From assembly GCA_913020725.1 (NCBI GenBank), contig CAJWCD010000013.1, forward strand, positions 1 through 38,583: a stretch of 38,583 bases of DNA, in the 5' to 3' direction. The notes under the pieces are model-generated. The model was given only the letters and a program-made list of their open reading frames with translations. It was not told the origin of the DNA and ran no database searches. This stretch comes from an uncultured Pseudomonadota bacterium. Lineage in GTDB: Bacteria; SAR324; NAC60-12. Of this stretch, positions 17,245 through 27,245 are shown one piece after another. Made by a program: the position numbers and the translations under genes. How positions within the stretch are numbered: position 1 is the stretch's first letter; each line of letters begins with the position of its first letter.

Positions 17245-17313
17245 GCGGCGGCTCACTTCCCTGCCTTGCGGGGCGTTGAACGCCCCCGAACACGCGCCAC
17301 TCCGCCCATTTCG

Positions 17314-18219
17314 ATGCTGCTCTCTGCTTTCCAGATGATTCGGGCAATGTTCATGATTACGCTGATCATCCTCAACACGATGGTGTTTTCTGGCATCATG
17401 GTGGCCCTCTCTCCTCTTAAACTGATGCTGCCTTTTCCGGCGTGGCGACACTTCTGGACTGCATGGTTTGTGGAAATGGGAGCAACGTGGTCCACCGTCA
17501 ACAGCCGATTCCTCGACTGGAGCCACTCCACCAAAATTGTGCTGGACCTGCCGGAAGGTTTGTCCCGGAACCGCAGCTATCTCGTTTTGGCAAATCACCA
17601 GACCTGGGTGGACATGCCTGTTCTGGAATACGCGCTCGCTCGCCGGATCCCCGGACGACGCATCTTCATCAAACAATCCCTGATCTGGGTGCCGTTTCTT
17701 GGGCAGGCGTGCTGGGCGATGGATTTTCCGTTCATGAAACGCTACACCGCAAAGCAACTTGCGAAAAGTCCGGAACTGCGAGAACGTAATTTGGAAACCG
17801 TGCGTAAAAACTGTGAACGCATGAAAGGAATGCCCAGCACCCTGCTGAATTTTTCGGAAGGAACACGCTTCACCTCTGCCAAGCACGCAAAACAAAGCTC
17901 GCCGTACACGCACTTGCTCAAGCCAAAGATTGCGGGAGTGGCAACCGTGATCGGCCTGCTTGGGGATTCGCTGGATGCCGTCTTGGACCTGACCATCGTG
18001 TACCCAGACAACCCGGAATGTCCCACCGTCGTCGACCTGTTTGCGGGCAGAATTCCACAGGCGGTGGTACAGGCCCGGTTGCTGCCTGTTCCGGGGTCTG
18101 CCGAGTCTGAAGACTCAGGGGCCAGTCCTCGGGTGCGGAAGTGGCTACTGCAAATCTGGAAAGAGAAGGATCACACCATTGCCGAAATCCTCGGCAAGCC
18201 CCAAGCCAGTGCCGCTTGA
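17314..18219 (+). CDS. Acyltransferase (PlsC/YihG family)
   Basis: ANHQTWVD (HX4D), FIKQSLIWVPFLG.ACWAMDFPFMKRY, FSEGTRF, HLLKPK. Confidence 0.92.
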   Translation: MLLSAFQMIRAMFMITLIILNTMVFSGIMVALSPLKLMLPFPAWRHFWTAWFVEMGATWSTVNSRFLDWSHSTKIVLDLPEGLSRNRSYLVLANHQTWVDMPVLEYALARRIPGRRIFIKQSLIWVPFLGQACWAMDFPFMKRYTAKQLAKSPELRERNLETVRKNCERMKGMPSTLLNFSEGTRFTSAKHAKQSSPYTHLLKPKIAGVATVIGLLGDSLDAVLDLTIVYPDNPECPTVVDLFAGRIPQAVVQARLLPVPGSAESEDSGASPRVRKWLLQIWKEKDHTIAEILGKPQASAA

Positions 18220-18222
18220 GCG

Positions 18223-18750
18223 ATGCCTGAAAAGCTCCTCGTCCTCCAGCGTTTCGATTCCCCTTTGGGGCAAATGGTGATGGTCGCCCGCAACAATCAC
18301 ATCTGCAGAATCGATTTTGAAACCCTCTCGTATCAACCGTTTGATTCCAAAGCACTGGAGCGCAAGGGTTTACGGATTGTGGAACAGGAAACGGAAGTGC
18401 TGGCTGAGGCGCAACGTCAGCTTGAGGAGTATTTCGGCGGCAAGCGCTTTGAGTTCGATCTGCCGTTGGCTCCCGAAGGCACCACGTTTCAGCAGCAGGC
18501 ATGGCAGGCACTGCGAGAGATTCCCTATGGCGAAACCCGCAGCTATCAGCAACAGGCCGAGCGTTTGGGGGATGCCCGCTTTGCAAGAGCGGTGGGACAC
18601 GCTAACGGGCGCAACCCCATCTCCATCATCGTCCCCTGTCATCGTGTGCTTGGCAAGAACGGCAAGCTCACCGGCTTTGCCAGCGGCGTGGACAAGAAAG
18701 CCAAGCTGCTGGAATTGGAAACCCGTTACCGCCCCTTCACGCTCGAATGA
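18223..18750 (+). CDS. ogt: Methylated-DNA--protein-cysteine methyltransferase
   Basis: GTTFQQQAW, IPYGETRSY, ARAVG.ANG.NP, IVPCHRV. Confidence 0.95.
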   Translation: MPEKLLVLQRFDSPLGQMVMVARNNHICRIDFETLSYQPFDSKALERKGLRIVEQETEVLAEAQRQLEEYFGGKRFEFDLPLAPEGTTFQQQAWQALREIPYGETRSYQQQAERLGDARFARAVGHANGRNPISIIVPCHRVLGKNGKLTGFASGVDKKAKLLELETRYRPFTLE

Positions 18751-19390
18751 AAGCGTTGGTACGCATTTCCTCGCCAATCGTGGTGGGCGGGCCGTGTCCG
18801 GTGACCACAGTGGTTTCCTCGTCCAGCGTGTAAAGTTGCTCCCGGATGGAACGCTCAAGCGCCTGATAATCCCCGCCCGGAAAATCAGTCCGCCCGATTG
18901 ACCCCCGAAAGAGGGTGTCGCCTGCCGCGAGAAACTTGCTCTCTGCAAACAGGAAGCAAGTGGAGCCGGGCGTGTGCCCCGGCGTGTGCAGGGCGCATCC
19001 GCAGATGTCCGAAACCGAAATTTCTTCCTCATGCTCCAACCACTGATCCGGAGGTGGAGCGGGTTCATACGGCACTCCAAACATGCGACATTGCTCCTCC
19101 AATTGATCCCAGAGCATTTTGTCGTCCGGATGTAGGGCGAGTTCGGCCCCGGTCACTGCTTTGATGCGCCCGGAGGCGAGGAAGTGGTCGAGATGCGCGT
19201 GAGTGTGGAGGATGCGGGTGACGGACAAACCGTGATGCTGGAGCCGTTCAAGAATGAGATCGGCATCGCCTCCGGGGTCAATCACAAGTGCCTGCTGGGT
19301 GATGGGATCGCCAAGGATGGTGCAGTTGCACTGGAGCGGGCCAACCGGAAAGGTTTCGATCACCGGCTGGGAAATTGTGGTCTCAGTCAT
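18737..19390 (-). CDS. MBL-fold metallo-hydrolase (glyoxalase II/YcbL-like)
   Basis: VGPLQCNC, THAHLDH, TPGHTPGS, GDTLFRGSIGRTD, GHGP.TTIG.E; ATG at 19390. Confidence 0.93.
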   Translation of the reverse strand: MTETTISQPVIETFPVGPLQCNCTILGDPITQQALVIDPGGDADLILERLQHHGLSVTRILHTHAHLDHFLASGRIKAVTGAELALHPDDKMLWDQLEEQCRMFGVPYEPAPPPDQWLEHEEEISVSDICGCALHTPGHTPGSTCFLFAESKFLAAGDTLFRGSIGRTDFPGGDYQALERSIREQLYTLDEETTVVTGHGPPTTIGEEMRTNAFIRA

Positions 19391-19404
19391 GTCGGGTTTC
19401 GGCT

Positions 19405-21699
19405 TCAGGCGGATTTGCGTTTGGCGCCACGACCCCGTCGCGCTCCTGGAGGGGGCGCCTTGGCAATGACCTGCTGGCAGGTGGATTCGTCCAAAGTTTC
19501 CGGATCGGTGCCCTTGGGGATTTTGTAGTTGCTCTTGCCCTGCTTGATGTACGGGCCGAAACGTCCGTTCAGCACCTGGATTTCGCCAAAATCGTGAATC
19601 AAGCTTTTCGCCTTGGTCTCCCGACCCTCCCCGATGACTTCGAGGGCGCGTTCCAGCGTGATCGCCATTGGATCCTCCTCGGCAGGCAACGAGTGGTATT
19701 CCCGCTGAATCCGGACATAAGGACCGTAGCGCCCGCGCCCCACCGAAACGTCCTCTCCTGCCTCGTCCTGCCCCAGTGTCCGGGGCAAGGCAAAGCAATC
19801 CAGCGCCTGCTCCAGCGTGAGTTCGTGCATGTTGGAACCGACAGGAATGGAGGCGAACAGCGGCTTGTCTTCGTCGTCCTTGGTGCCGATTTGCACCATC
19901 GGTCCGAAGCGTCCCATGCGCACACTCAGTTCGCGCCCGGATTTCGGATCGGCACCCAACACCCGCGTGGCGGAGGCTTCGGCGCGAGTGACGGACTTGC
20001 CCTTTTCCTCAACGCGCTGATGGAAGGGGAAGTAGAAGCCTCCCAGCATGGAAATCCAGTCCTCGTCGCCCTGCGCGATGTGGTCGAACTGCCGCTCGAT
20101 CTTGGCGGTGAAGCCGAGGTTGACGATTTCCTCAAAGTGGTTGGTGAGAAAATCGTTGACGACCTCGCCGATGTCCGTGGGCTGGAGGCGTTTGTCAGTC
20201 TCCCGCCGTTCCACATACTTGCGGTCTTGGATTGTGGAAATCGTGGGGGCGTAGGTCGAGGGGCGTCCGATGCCTTCGGATTCGAGCTTCTTCACCAGCG
20301 TTGCCTCGGTGTAGCGGGCGGGCGGCTTGGTGAACAACTGCTCTTTGCTGAAGCCTTTCAGCGTGAGCGTCTGCCCCTGCTCGACGTGTGGCAGGATCAC
20401 GTCCTTCTCGCCCAGCGCAACTCCGGGGTCTTCTCCTTCCCGGACGTAAGCCTGCAAAAATCCGGGAAAAAGGATGCGCTGTCCCTTCGCTTCAAACAGG
20501 CACTCGCGCTGCGCCCCGGCTTCGACCTGCACCACGGTGCGGGCGAAATTGGCGGCGGCCATTTGACCCGCCACCATGCGACGCCAGATCAGTTCGTAAA
20601 GCCGGGCCTGCTCGTCCTTGAGGAACCCCCGGACTGCCGTTGGGGTTTTGGAGAGATCGACCGGACGAATCGCTTCGTGAGCCTCCTGTGCGTTTTTGGA
20701 GCGGTTGCGAAAACGTCGGGGTGTCGGCAGGGCAAACTTGGCTCCAAACTCCTGCGTGACCACCTGCTGCGCCTGCTTGAGCGAGTCTTCTGAGAGCGTG
20801 ACCGAATCCGTTCGCATGTAGGTGATCAAGCCACCGCTGTAGCCCGGAATCTCGAAGTTGCCCTCGTAAAGCTGCTGGGCCACCGACATCGTGTGTTTGA
20901 CCGAGAAACTAAGCTTAACGGAGGCATCTTGTTGCAGCGTCGAGGTTGTGAACGGCGGAGGCGGTTGGCGTTGTGTTTCCTTTTCGGTCACGGACTGCAC
21001 CGCCCAGGTTCCGCTGCGGACACTGGTTTCGATGGCCTGCGCGGCGTCCTCGTTGGGCACTTTCGCGGTTTTGCCGTTGATTTTCGCAAGCTCTGCCTCA
21101 AAGCCGGGAAATTGTGCCTTGAGCCGCCAGTATTCTTCAGGTTCAAATTTCCGAATTTCACGCTCACGGTCCACGATGATGCGCACGGCAACGCTCTGCA
21201 CACGCCCGGCGGAGAGTCCGGGCTTCACCTTGCGCCAGAGCAGCGGCGAGAGTTCATAACCGACGGCGCGGTCGAGGATGCGCCGCGCCTGCTGCGCGTC
21301 CACAAGTTTCTGATCCAACTCGCGGGGATTTTCGAGGGCGTTGAGGATCGCCGATTTTGTAATCTCGTGAAAGACGATGCGCTGCACCGGACGGTCATCG
21401 AGTCCCAGCGCCGCGATCAAGTGCCAAGAGATGGCTTCCCCTTCGCGGTCTTCGTCGGTTGCAAGGAAGACGGTGGTGTCCGGGCCGATTGACTTGCGGA
21501 GCGCCTTGATGGTCTTCTCCTTGTCCTTCGAGATTTGGTACTGCGGCGCAAAGTCTTGTGCAGGGTCAAAGCCGAGGTCGCGCTCCGGGAGATCCCGGAC
21601 GTGGCCCATCGAGGCGGTGACGGTGTAATCCGGCCCAAGGAACTTGCTGATGGTCCGGGCTTTGGCAGGTGATTCGACGATGATCAGATTCTTTGACAT
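19405..21699 (-). CDS. topA: DNA topoisomerase I (type IA) with C-terminal Topo_C repeats
   Basis: LIIVESPAKA, ATDEDREGE, SAGRVQS, ITYMRTDS, QEAHEAIRP; GRFGP/GRYGP repeats and a basic tail; ATG at 21699. Confidence 0.97.
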   Translation of the reverse strand: MSKNLIIVESPAKARTISKFLGPDYTVTASMGHVRDLPERDLGFDPAQDFAPQYQISKDKEKTIKALRKSIGPDTTVFLATDEDREGEAISWHLIAALGLDDRPVQRIVFHEITKSAILNALENPRELDQKLVDAQQARRILDRAVGYELSPLLWRKVKPGLSAGRVQSVAVRIIVDREREIRKFEPEEYWRLKAQFPGFEAELAKINGKTAKVPNEDAAQAIETSVRSGTWAVQSVTEKETQRQPPPPFTTSTLQQDASVKLSFSVKHTMSVAQQLYEGNFEIPGYSGGLITYMRTDSVTLSEDSLKQAQQVVTQEFGAKFALPTPRRFRNRSKNAQEAHEAIRPVDLSKTPTAVRGFLKDEQARLYELIWRRMVAGQMAAANFARTVVQVEAGAQRECLFEAKGQRILFPGFLQAYVREGEDPGVALGEKDVILPHVEQGQTLTLKGFSKEQLFTKPPARYTEATLVKKLESEGIGRPSTYAPTISTIQDRKYVERRETDKRLQPTDIGEVVNDFLTNHFEEIVNLGFTAKIERQFDHIAQGDEDWISMLGGFYFPFHQRVEEKGKSVTRAEASATRVLGADPKSGRELSVRMGRFGPMVQIGTKDDEDKPLFASIPVGSNMHELTLEQALDCFALPRTLGQDEAGEDVSVGRGRYGPYVRIQREYHSLPAEEDPMAITLERALEVIGEGRETKAKSLIHDFGEIQVLNGRFGPYIKQGKSNYKIPKGTDPETLDESTCQQVIAKAPPPGARRGRGAKRKSA

Positions 21700-21716
21700 G
21701 GCAGCAGTGTGTGAAA

Positions 21717-22931
21717 CTAGGCGGCTTTGGTTTCTAGGATTTGTGGGATACGGAAGGCTTCGGGGCACAGCAGTGAACCTGCCGGAGTTTCCCAGCCACT
21801 GCGATGTGTCAATTGCGCAGCGAGGTGCCCGATGGCGTCCGAAGATTTTGCCGACAACCCACAGCCGCCAGCGGCCACGAAGAGTCGCTCCGGAACCACG
21901 GTGTCGAGGTACGGGCGGTTGGTGGGTGTATAGGTGAGCACACAGGGTTTGCTGTGAAAGGCCGTGGCCCGTAGGTCCGGAATCAGCGCAAACAGCGCAG
22001 CTTTGAGCGGGTCCACTTCTTCCGGACAATCCCCGGTGCGGAACCACGCCTTGAGTTCGTCCTGATTTGACGGGATACGAGGCCTGTGGGGTTCCCCTCC
22101 GATCTTGAGCAAGTTGGTTCCGTCCGGGTAGCAGATGGGCGGCAGCACATAGACATCCTGCAACGTGGGATGGTTGGCAAACCCTTGGATCACGTCCGGC
22201 ATGTCCTGAAGCCGGGCGGCTTCGGCCTCGTCCAGTTCGGCAAAGAGCACGATGCGCAGTTGCACTTCAAAATCCAGCGGAGTTGGCAACACTCCGTTGC
22301 TGAACGCTCCAGACGAGACCAACACCCGCTTGGCCTGAAGCTGTTCCCCGGACGCGCACCACGCGGTGACCGATTCTGTATTCACTTCCAAGCGTTCAAC
22401 ATATGAGGACACTAGCGTAGCCCCGCGTTTTTGTGCAATGCGTGTCTGGGCTTGCACAAGGGCACGGGGGCTGATGTGCCCTGCCGTTCCGGATTCGAGC
22501 ATTCCGGCGTGTCCACTGAGCGCGAAGTAAGGAAACCGATCCTGAAGTTCCGCACTGCGCAACGACTCGCAGGTGGTCAGGTTCAACCGCTTCCGAACCG
22601 ACTCCAGCGAGGCGTGGAGTTCCGCAAATTGTGGAGTGTCCGGAGCGACCTTCAAGCATCCTCCCGGCTGGAAAAACTGTAAGCCGCTCTCGCGTTCGAT
22701 CTCCGGATAGGCATGGATCGCACGACGCGCTAGTTCCGCCCAGAGCGGATCAGGATCGAGCATCCGGGTGATGCGGCCCTCATCGTAATGGCTGGCAAAC
22801 ACGCCGGAATGCGACGCCCAATCTGTCGGTTCCAGCGGGCCTGCAATGACAACTTTCAAATCGGTGCCGCTGAGGTATTTTGCAGCCGCCGAGCCGATTA
22901 GACCGTTGCCAATGACGAGGATATCGTACAT
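21717..22931 (-). CDS. FAD-dependent oxidoreductase (sarcosine oxidase/DAO-like)
   Basis: VIGNGLIGSAAA Rossmann motif, SHYDEGRITR, C-terminal GGCGLSAKSS. Confidence 0.85.
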   Translation of the reverse strand: MYDILVIGNGLIGSAAAKYLSGTDLKVVIAGPLEPTDWASHSGVFASHYDEGRITRMLDPDPLWAELARRAIHAYPEIERESGLQFFQPGGCLKVAPDTPQFAELHASLESVRKRLNLTTCESLRSAELQDRFPYFALSGHAGMLESGTAGHISPRALVQAQTRIAQKRGATLVSSYVERLEVNTESVTAWCASGEQLQAKRVLVSSGAFSNGVLPTPLDFEVQLRIVLFAELDEAEAARLQDMPDVIQGFANHPTLQDVYVLPPICYPDGTNLLKIGGEPHRPRIPSNQDELKAWFRTGDCPEEVDPLKAALFALIPDLRATAFHSKPCVLTYTPTNRPYLDTVVPERLFVAAGGCGLSAKSSDAIGHLAAQLTHRSGWETPAGSLLCPEAFRIPQILETKAA

Positions 22932-22946
22932 TATTTCCTTCTTGGA

Positions 22947-23203
22947 TTAGCCTTCCAACCAGCTTCTGAGTATTGGAACCACGCTTACAATGATGATCAG
23001 TGACAGCATCCATTTGATGACCAACAACTCTCCCTTGATTTCCAAGCGTAGTTCGTTCAAATCTTTTTTGGTGGACAACTCATCCAAATGCGTATCTTGT
23101 GCTTCTTGAAACGCAGATGTCAACCCCTTAGCCTCTGCTCATCAAATCCCGATTTTTTAAGGGACTCAACGAACTTCAGAGTATCGAATGTTATTGTAGG
23201 CAT
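22947..23203 (-). pseudogene. DUF1640/CCDC90-like coiled-coil membrane-anchor protein, 1-nt frameshift
   Basis: MPTITFDTLKFVESLKKSGFDEQ / AKGLTSAFQEAQDTHLDELSTKKDLNELRLEIKGELLVIKWMLSLIIIVSVVPILRSWLEG*; span is 257 nt, one short of a whole number of codons. Confidence 0.85.
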
Positions 23204-23211
23204 CGCTCTTC

Positions 23212-23802
23212 TCAGGAACTGAGTTCCTTTCGTGTACGCACCACCTTGTCAAGCAGTCCAAAATCAAGGGCTTCTTCCGCAGTGAACCAGTTGTCGCGGT
23301 CAATCGCCTGTTTGATCTCATCGTAGTCGCGTCCGGTGTACTCGCAGTAGAGATTGATGAGATGTTCCCGCGTTTTTAGAATTTCGCGGGCTTGGATTTC
23401 GCAGTCCGCCGCACGCCCCTGATAACCCATCAGCAGAGGTTGGTGGATCAGAATCTTCGCCTGTGGCATCGCAAAGCGCCGCCCCTTGTCCGCCGCGAGG
23501 CTGAGGATCGAACCCATGCTGGCGGCGAAGCCCGTGACGATGGTGGTGACGGGGCAACTGACGAAACGCAGGGTGTCAAAAATCGCGTACCCTGAGAACA
23601 TCTCGCCTCCGGGAGAGTTGATGAACACCATGATCGGCGCTTCAGGATCCTCTTGCTCCAGCAGGAGGATCTGTCCGAGGACTTTCTGTGTGAGTTCGGA
23701 GTTGACTTGCTGAGAGATGATGATGGTGCGGGTTTGCAGCATCTTGGTGGCCAAGCCACCCGAGTCTATTGAGTCGTCCTTTTTTTCCTCGTCTTTTTTC
23801 AT
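23212..23802 (-). CDS. clpP: ATP-dependent Clp protease proteolytic subunit
   Basis: FINSPGG, AASMGS (Ser), IHQP (His), DRDNWF (Asp). Confidence 0.95.
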   Translation of the reverse strand: MKKDEEKKDDSIDSGGLATKMLQTRTIIISQQVNSELTQKVLGQILLLEQEDPEAPIMVFINSPGGEMFSGYAIFDTLRFVSCPVTTIVTGFAASMGSILSLAADKGRRFAMPQAKILIHQPLLMGYQGRAADCEIQAREILKTREHLINLYCEYTGRDYDEIKQAIDRDNWFTAEEALDFGLLDKVVRTRKELSS

Positions 23803-23929
23803 GAAGATTCCTTAAAGAGATACCGGGGTTCCGGGCAGCTAGCGCTCCATTGCAAGTTTTCACGCTAAGGGACACATTTCCGGAACGCAAGCCTTTTGTC
23901 AAACGCAGGCCAACATTCCGGAAGTGCAG

Positions 23930-24718
23930 TCAGTGCTGGAGAATCTGGCTCAGGAAGAGCTTGGTGCGGTCGTTCTGGGGATTGTTGAAGAATTCGTGAG
24001 GGATGTTCTGCTCGATGATCTCACCCTCGTCCATGAACATCACTTGGTGAGCAACGGCGGTGGCGAAACCCATCTCGTGGGTGATGACGAGCATGGTCAT
24101 GCCGCTTTCAGCGAGTTCGATCATGACATCCAGCACCTCCTTGATCATCTCCGGATCAAGCGCAGAGGTCGGTTCATCGAAGAGCATGATCCGGGGGTTC
24201 ATGCAGAGCGAGCGGGCGATGGCGACACGCTGCTGCTGACCGCCGGAAAGCTGACCGGGATACTTGTGGGCCTGTTCCGGAATCTTGACGCGCTCCAGAT
24301 ACTTCATCGCCGCTTCCTCAGCTTCCGCCTTGGGAGTATTGCGCACCCAGATGGGCGCAAGCGTGAGGTTCTCCAACGCGGTCAGGTGAGGAAAGAGGTT
24401 GAAGTGCTGGAAAACCATGCCGACTTCGGAGCGGATGATTTCGATGTTCTTGAGGTCATGGGTCAGTTCCGTCCCGTCCACCTCAATGGTTCCTTGCTGA
24501 TGCTCCTCCAACCGATTGATGCAGCGGATCAGGGTGGATTTTCCGGAACCGGACGGGCCGCAGATAACAATGCGCTCGCCCCGGTGGACCTTCAGGTTGA
24601 TGTTCTTGAGAACGTGAAAATCACCAAACCATTTGTGCATCGCGTCAATGGAGATGATCACCTCGGAAGCATCCACAGACGGTGCGGAGCTTATGTTCGT
24701 TTCGGTGTTAGCGGTCAT
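23930..24718 (-). CDS. aapP: Amino acid ABC transporter ATP-binding protein
   Basis: [36 protein letters not shown]. Confidence 0.93.
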   Translation of the reverse strand: MTANTETNISSAPSVDASEVIISIDAMHKWFGDFHVLKNINLKVHRGERIVICGPSGSGKSTLIRCINRLEEHQQGTIEVDGTELTHDLKNIEIIRSEVGMVFQHFNLFPHLTALENLTLAPIWVRNTPKAEAEEAAMKYLERVKIPEQAHKYPGQLSGGQQQRVAIARSLCMNPRIMLFDEPTSALDPEMIKEVLDVMIELAESGMTMLVITHEMGFATAVAHQVMFMDEGEIIEQNIPHEFFNNPQNDRTKLFLSQILQH

Positions 24719-24729
24719 AATCGTTTCCG

Positions 24730-25905
24730 TTAGTGGCCCGTGTCCAGTTTCTTCTCAAGGTAAATCGAGTATCTCGACATGCTGAAACAGCTAATGAAGA
24801 AGAAAATCGCGATAAACAGATAGACTTCCCGGGCCAGCCCCGCCCACTCGGCATCGGCCAGCGAGGAGCGCCCGATGCCCAGCGGGTCGAGCATGCCGAT
24901 GATCAGCACCAGGGTGGTGTCCTTGTAGAGACCAATGAAGGTGTTGACGATGCCGGGGATCGAGATCTTCAGCGCCTGCGGCAGGATGATCAGCCGGTTC
25001 GCCTTCCAGTAGTTGAGCCCAAGCGAATCAGCAGCTTCGTGCTGCCCGTTGGGAATGCCCTGCAAGCCGCCACGCACGACCTCGGCGATGTAAGCCGCCG
25101 AGAACAGTGTCACCATGATCAGCACCCGCACCAAGAGGTCAAAGACCGTTCCGGGCGGCATGAAGTAGTTGAGCATCGTCGAAGCCAGGAGGAGCAGGGC
25201 GATCAGGGGGACGCCGCGGATGAACTCGATGAACAGCACACAGAGGATGCGCACCACCGGCATCTTTGAACGGCGCCCCAAAGCCAGCATGATTCCGAGC
25301 GGTAGCGAGAAGGTGATCCCGGTCACTCCGAGGATGAGAGTCAGCAGGATGCCGCCGAACAGGTCCGTCTCCACAGGGGAAAGCCCGAATCCGCCAACCA
25401 GCAGCCAGCCCGCGAGGAACGGGAACGCCACCGCATACCAGAGGAAAATTTTTCGTCCCGGCATCTTGTCCCAGAGGACGGACAGCACAGCAACGACCAG
25501 CATCAGGAAGGAGAGCTTGACGCGCCAGCGTTCGGGTTCCGGATAGAAACCATAGACGAAGAGCGACATGCGGTTTTCGATGAACGCCCAGCACCCGCCG
25601 GGTTGCACCCAGCCTCGGGGAAGTTCCTTGCTCAGGTAATCCGGATCGCCGGGAAAGGTCATTTGCTTCCAGCAGTCCACACGATTTTCGGCGTCCCAGA
25701 CGGCGTTGATCAACAGCCACTCAATCAGGGAGGGAATCACGGTTCCCAGAAACCAGAGGGCCACAACGGTCATAACGATGTTGAGCGGCGAGGAGAGCAG
25801 GTTGAGCCGCACCCAGCCGATCACCCCCGTGGTTTTGACGGGTGGTGGCCAATCCGGATGTGCGCCGGGTTCGTAGTTTGGATTTGGGGTGTTGCTTTCG
25901 CTCAC
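24730..25905 (-). CDS. aapM: Amino acid ABC transporter permease
   Basis: [44 protein letters not shown]. Confidence 0.92.
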   Translation of the reverse strand: MSESNTPNPNYEPGAHPDWPPPVKTTGVIGWVRLNLLSSPLNIVMTVVALWFLGTVIPSLIEWLLINAVWDAENRVDCWKQMTFPGDPDYLSKELPRGWVQPGGCWAFIENRMSLFVYGFYPEPERWRVKLSFLMLVVAVLSVLWDKMPGRKIFLWYAVAFPFLAGWLLVGGFGLSPVETDLFGGILLTLILGVTGITFSLPLGIMLALGRRSKMPVVRILCVLFIEFIRGVPLIALLLLASTMLNYFMPPGTVFDLLVRVLIMVTLFSAAYIAEVVRGGLQGIPNGQHEAADSLGLNYWKANRLIILPQALKISIPGIVNTFIGLYKDTTLVLIIGMLDPLGIGRSSLADAEWAGLAREVYLFIAIFFFISCFSMSRYSIYLEKKLDTGH

Positions 25906-25917
25906 AAGTCCTCCGGA

Positions 25918-27117
25918 TTACCGTTCAGCAAGTTTCATTCTGCGATTGAACCAGTTCATGAACGCAGAAATCAGCAGAGAGAAGAACAGGTAGGTCAGGA
26001 GTACGATGATCATCGTCTCCATCTCCTTGCCTGTTTGCATCAGGGTGATGCCGCCAATGGTCGCCACCACATCCATGTAGCCGATGGCGATGGCCAGCGA
26101 CGAGTTCTTGGTGACATTGAGGTACATGCTTGCCAGCGGCGGGATGATGACCCGTAGTGCCTGCGGGACGATGACGAGTTGCAGAGTACGGCTGGGGCGC
26201 AACCCAACGGCATAAGCGGCTTCCGTCTGACCGTGGCTGACAGCGAGGACGCCCCCGCGCACAATCTCCGCGATGAAGGAGGCGTGGTAGTAGGAAAGCG
26301 CGAGCCAGAGGGCAAGGAATTCTGGCTTGAGTGCCATACCGCCCTTGAAGTTGAAGCCCTTGAGCGCAGGCATGCTCCAGGAAAGCGGCATGCCCATCAA
26401 GAAATAGGCGATTCCGGTGGCCCCCACAATCGCCCCCACCGAAACCCAGAACACCGGATAGATTTTTCCGGTTTCGTCCCGCACCTGCTTGGCCCAACGC
26501 CAGAAGCCGATGACGCACAGGATGGCGAGTCCCAAAATAATAACAACCACTCCGGCCCCTTCCTCAAGCACGGGGGCCGGAACATAAAAGCCACGGTTGG
26601 TCAGAAAGAAGGTGTCCGAAATGTTCATCGCCTGTTTGGGCACCGGCAGGGTGGTGACGATGATCCCATGGACGAAGAAGATGTGCAGCAGGAGCGGCAC
26701 GTTGCGGGTGAATTCAATAAAGACGTAAACGATGCGGTTGACCAGCCAGTTGCTGGAGAGCCGCAGGATGCCCATGGTGAAGCCCATGACCGTTGCCAGC
26801 ACAATGCTGCACACGGCCACAAAAATCGTGTTGAGGATGCCGACGGCAGCAGCCCGGAGGTGGGTGCTGCGTGAACTGTACTCGATGAAGGGCGAGAAGG
26901 TGATGTCGTAACCGGATGGCGCGAACAAGAAGTCGAAACTGAAACTCTTGCCGAGGGCCGCAAAGTTGATGACCACATTGCGGACGAGCAAGGCAAGAAC
27001 CGCAAAGACAACCGTCAGCGTCACGATCTGGATGATGACGGAGCGGGTTTCTTCGTTGCCCCAGAGCCTTGCGATCAGGTTACCTGAACTTGGCTCTGTG
27101 CCAGTGGGAACACCCAT
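25918..27117 (-). CDS. aapQ: Amino acid ABC transporter permease
   Basis: VGILNT, RLSSNWL, RNVPLLL, FIAEIVRGG, EAAYAVGL, KNSSLAIAIGY. Confidence 0.92.
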   Translation of the reverse strand: MGVPTGTEPSSGNLIARLWGNEETRSVIIQIVTLTVVFAVLALLVRNVVINFAALGKSFSFDFLFAPSGYDITFSPFIEYSSRSTHLRAAAVGILNTIFVAVCSIVLATVMGFTMGILRLSSNWLVNRIVYVFIEFTRNVPLLLHIFFVHGIIVTTLPVPKQAMNISDTFFLTNRGFYVPAPVLEEGAGVVVIILGLAILCVIGFWRWAKQVRDETGKIYPVFWVSVGAIVGATGIAYFLMGMPLSWSMPALKGFNFKGGMALKPEFLALWLALSYYHASFIAEIVRGGVLAVSHGQTEAAYAVGLRPSRTLQLVIVPQALRVIIPPLASMYLNVTKNSSLAIAIGYMDVVATIGGITLMQTGKEMETMIIVLLTYLFFSLLISAFMNWFNRRMKLAER

Positions 27118-27162
27118 CGCTGCCAGCTTGTGTCGAGAATTGGGAAGCAGGAGTGGACAGCA

Positions 27163-27207
27163 CATGAAGCGTGTGCCGATCCCCGCAGGAACCGGCACAC
27201 TTTCATG
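27163..27207 (-). other. Intercistronic stem-loop between aapJ and aapQ
   Basis: CATGAA..GTGTGCCG / CGGCACAC..TTCATG inverted repeat. Confidence 0.6.
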
Positions 27208-27245
27208 ACTACCGATGAAAAGTCGCTGAGCGACGAATCAGACGA

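Noticed and set aside
19375..20793. 472-aa plus-strand ORF antisense to topA
   Set aside because: Shadow ORF with no recognisable domain, overlapping a conserved gene.
23150..23165. Programmed -1 frameshift at the A6 run in the DUF1640 gene
   Set aside because: A -1 slip there gives ATC GGG ATT TGA, an immediate stop; the lesion lies further downstream.
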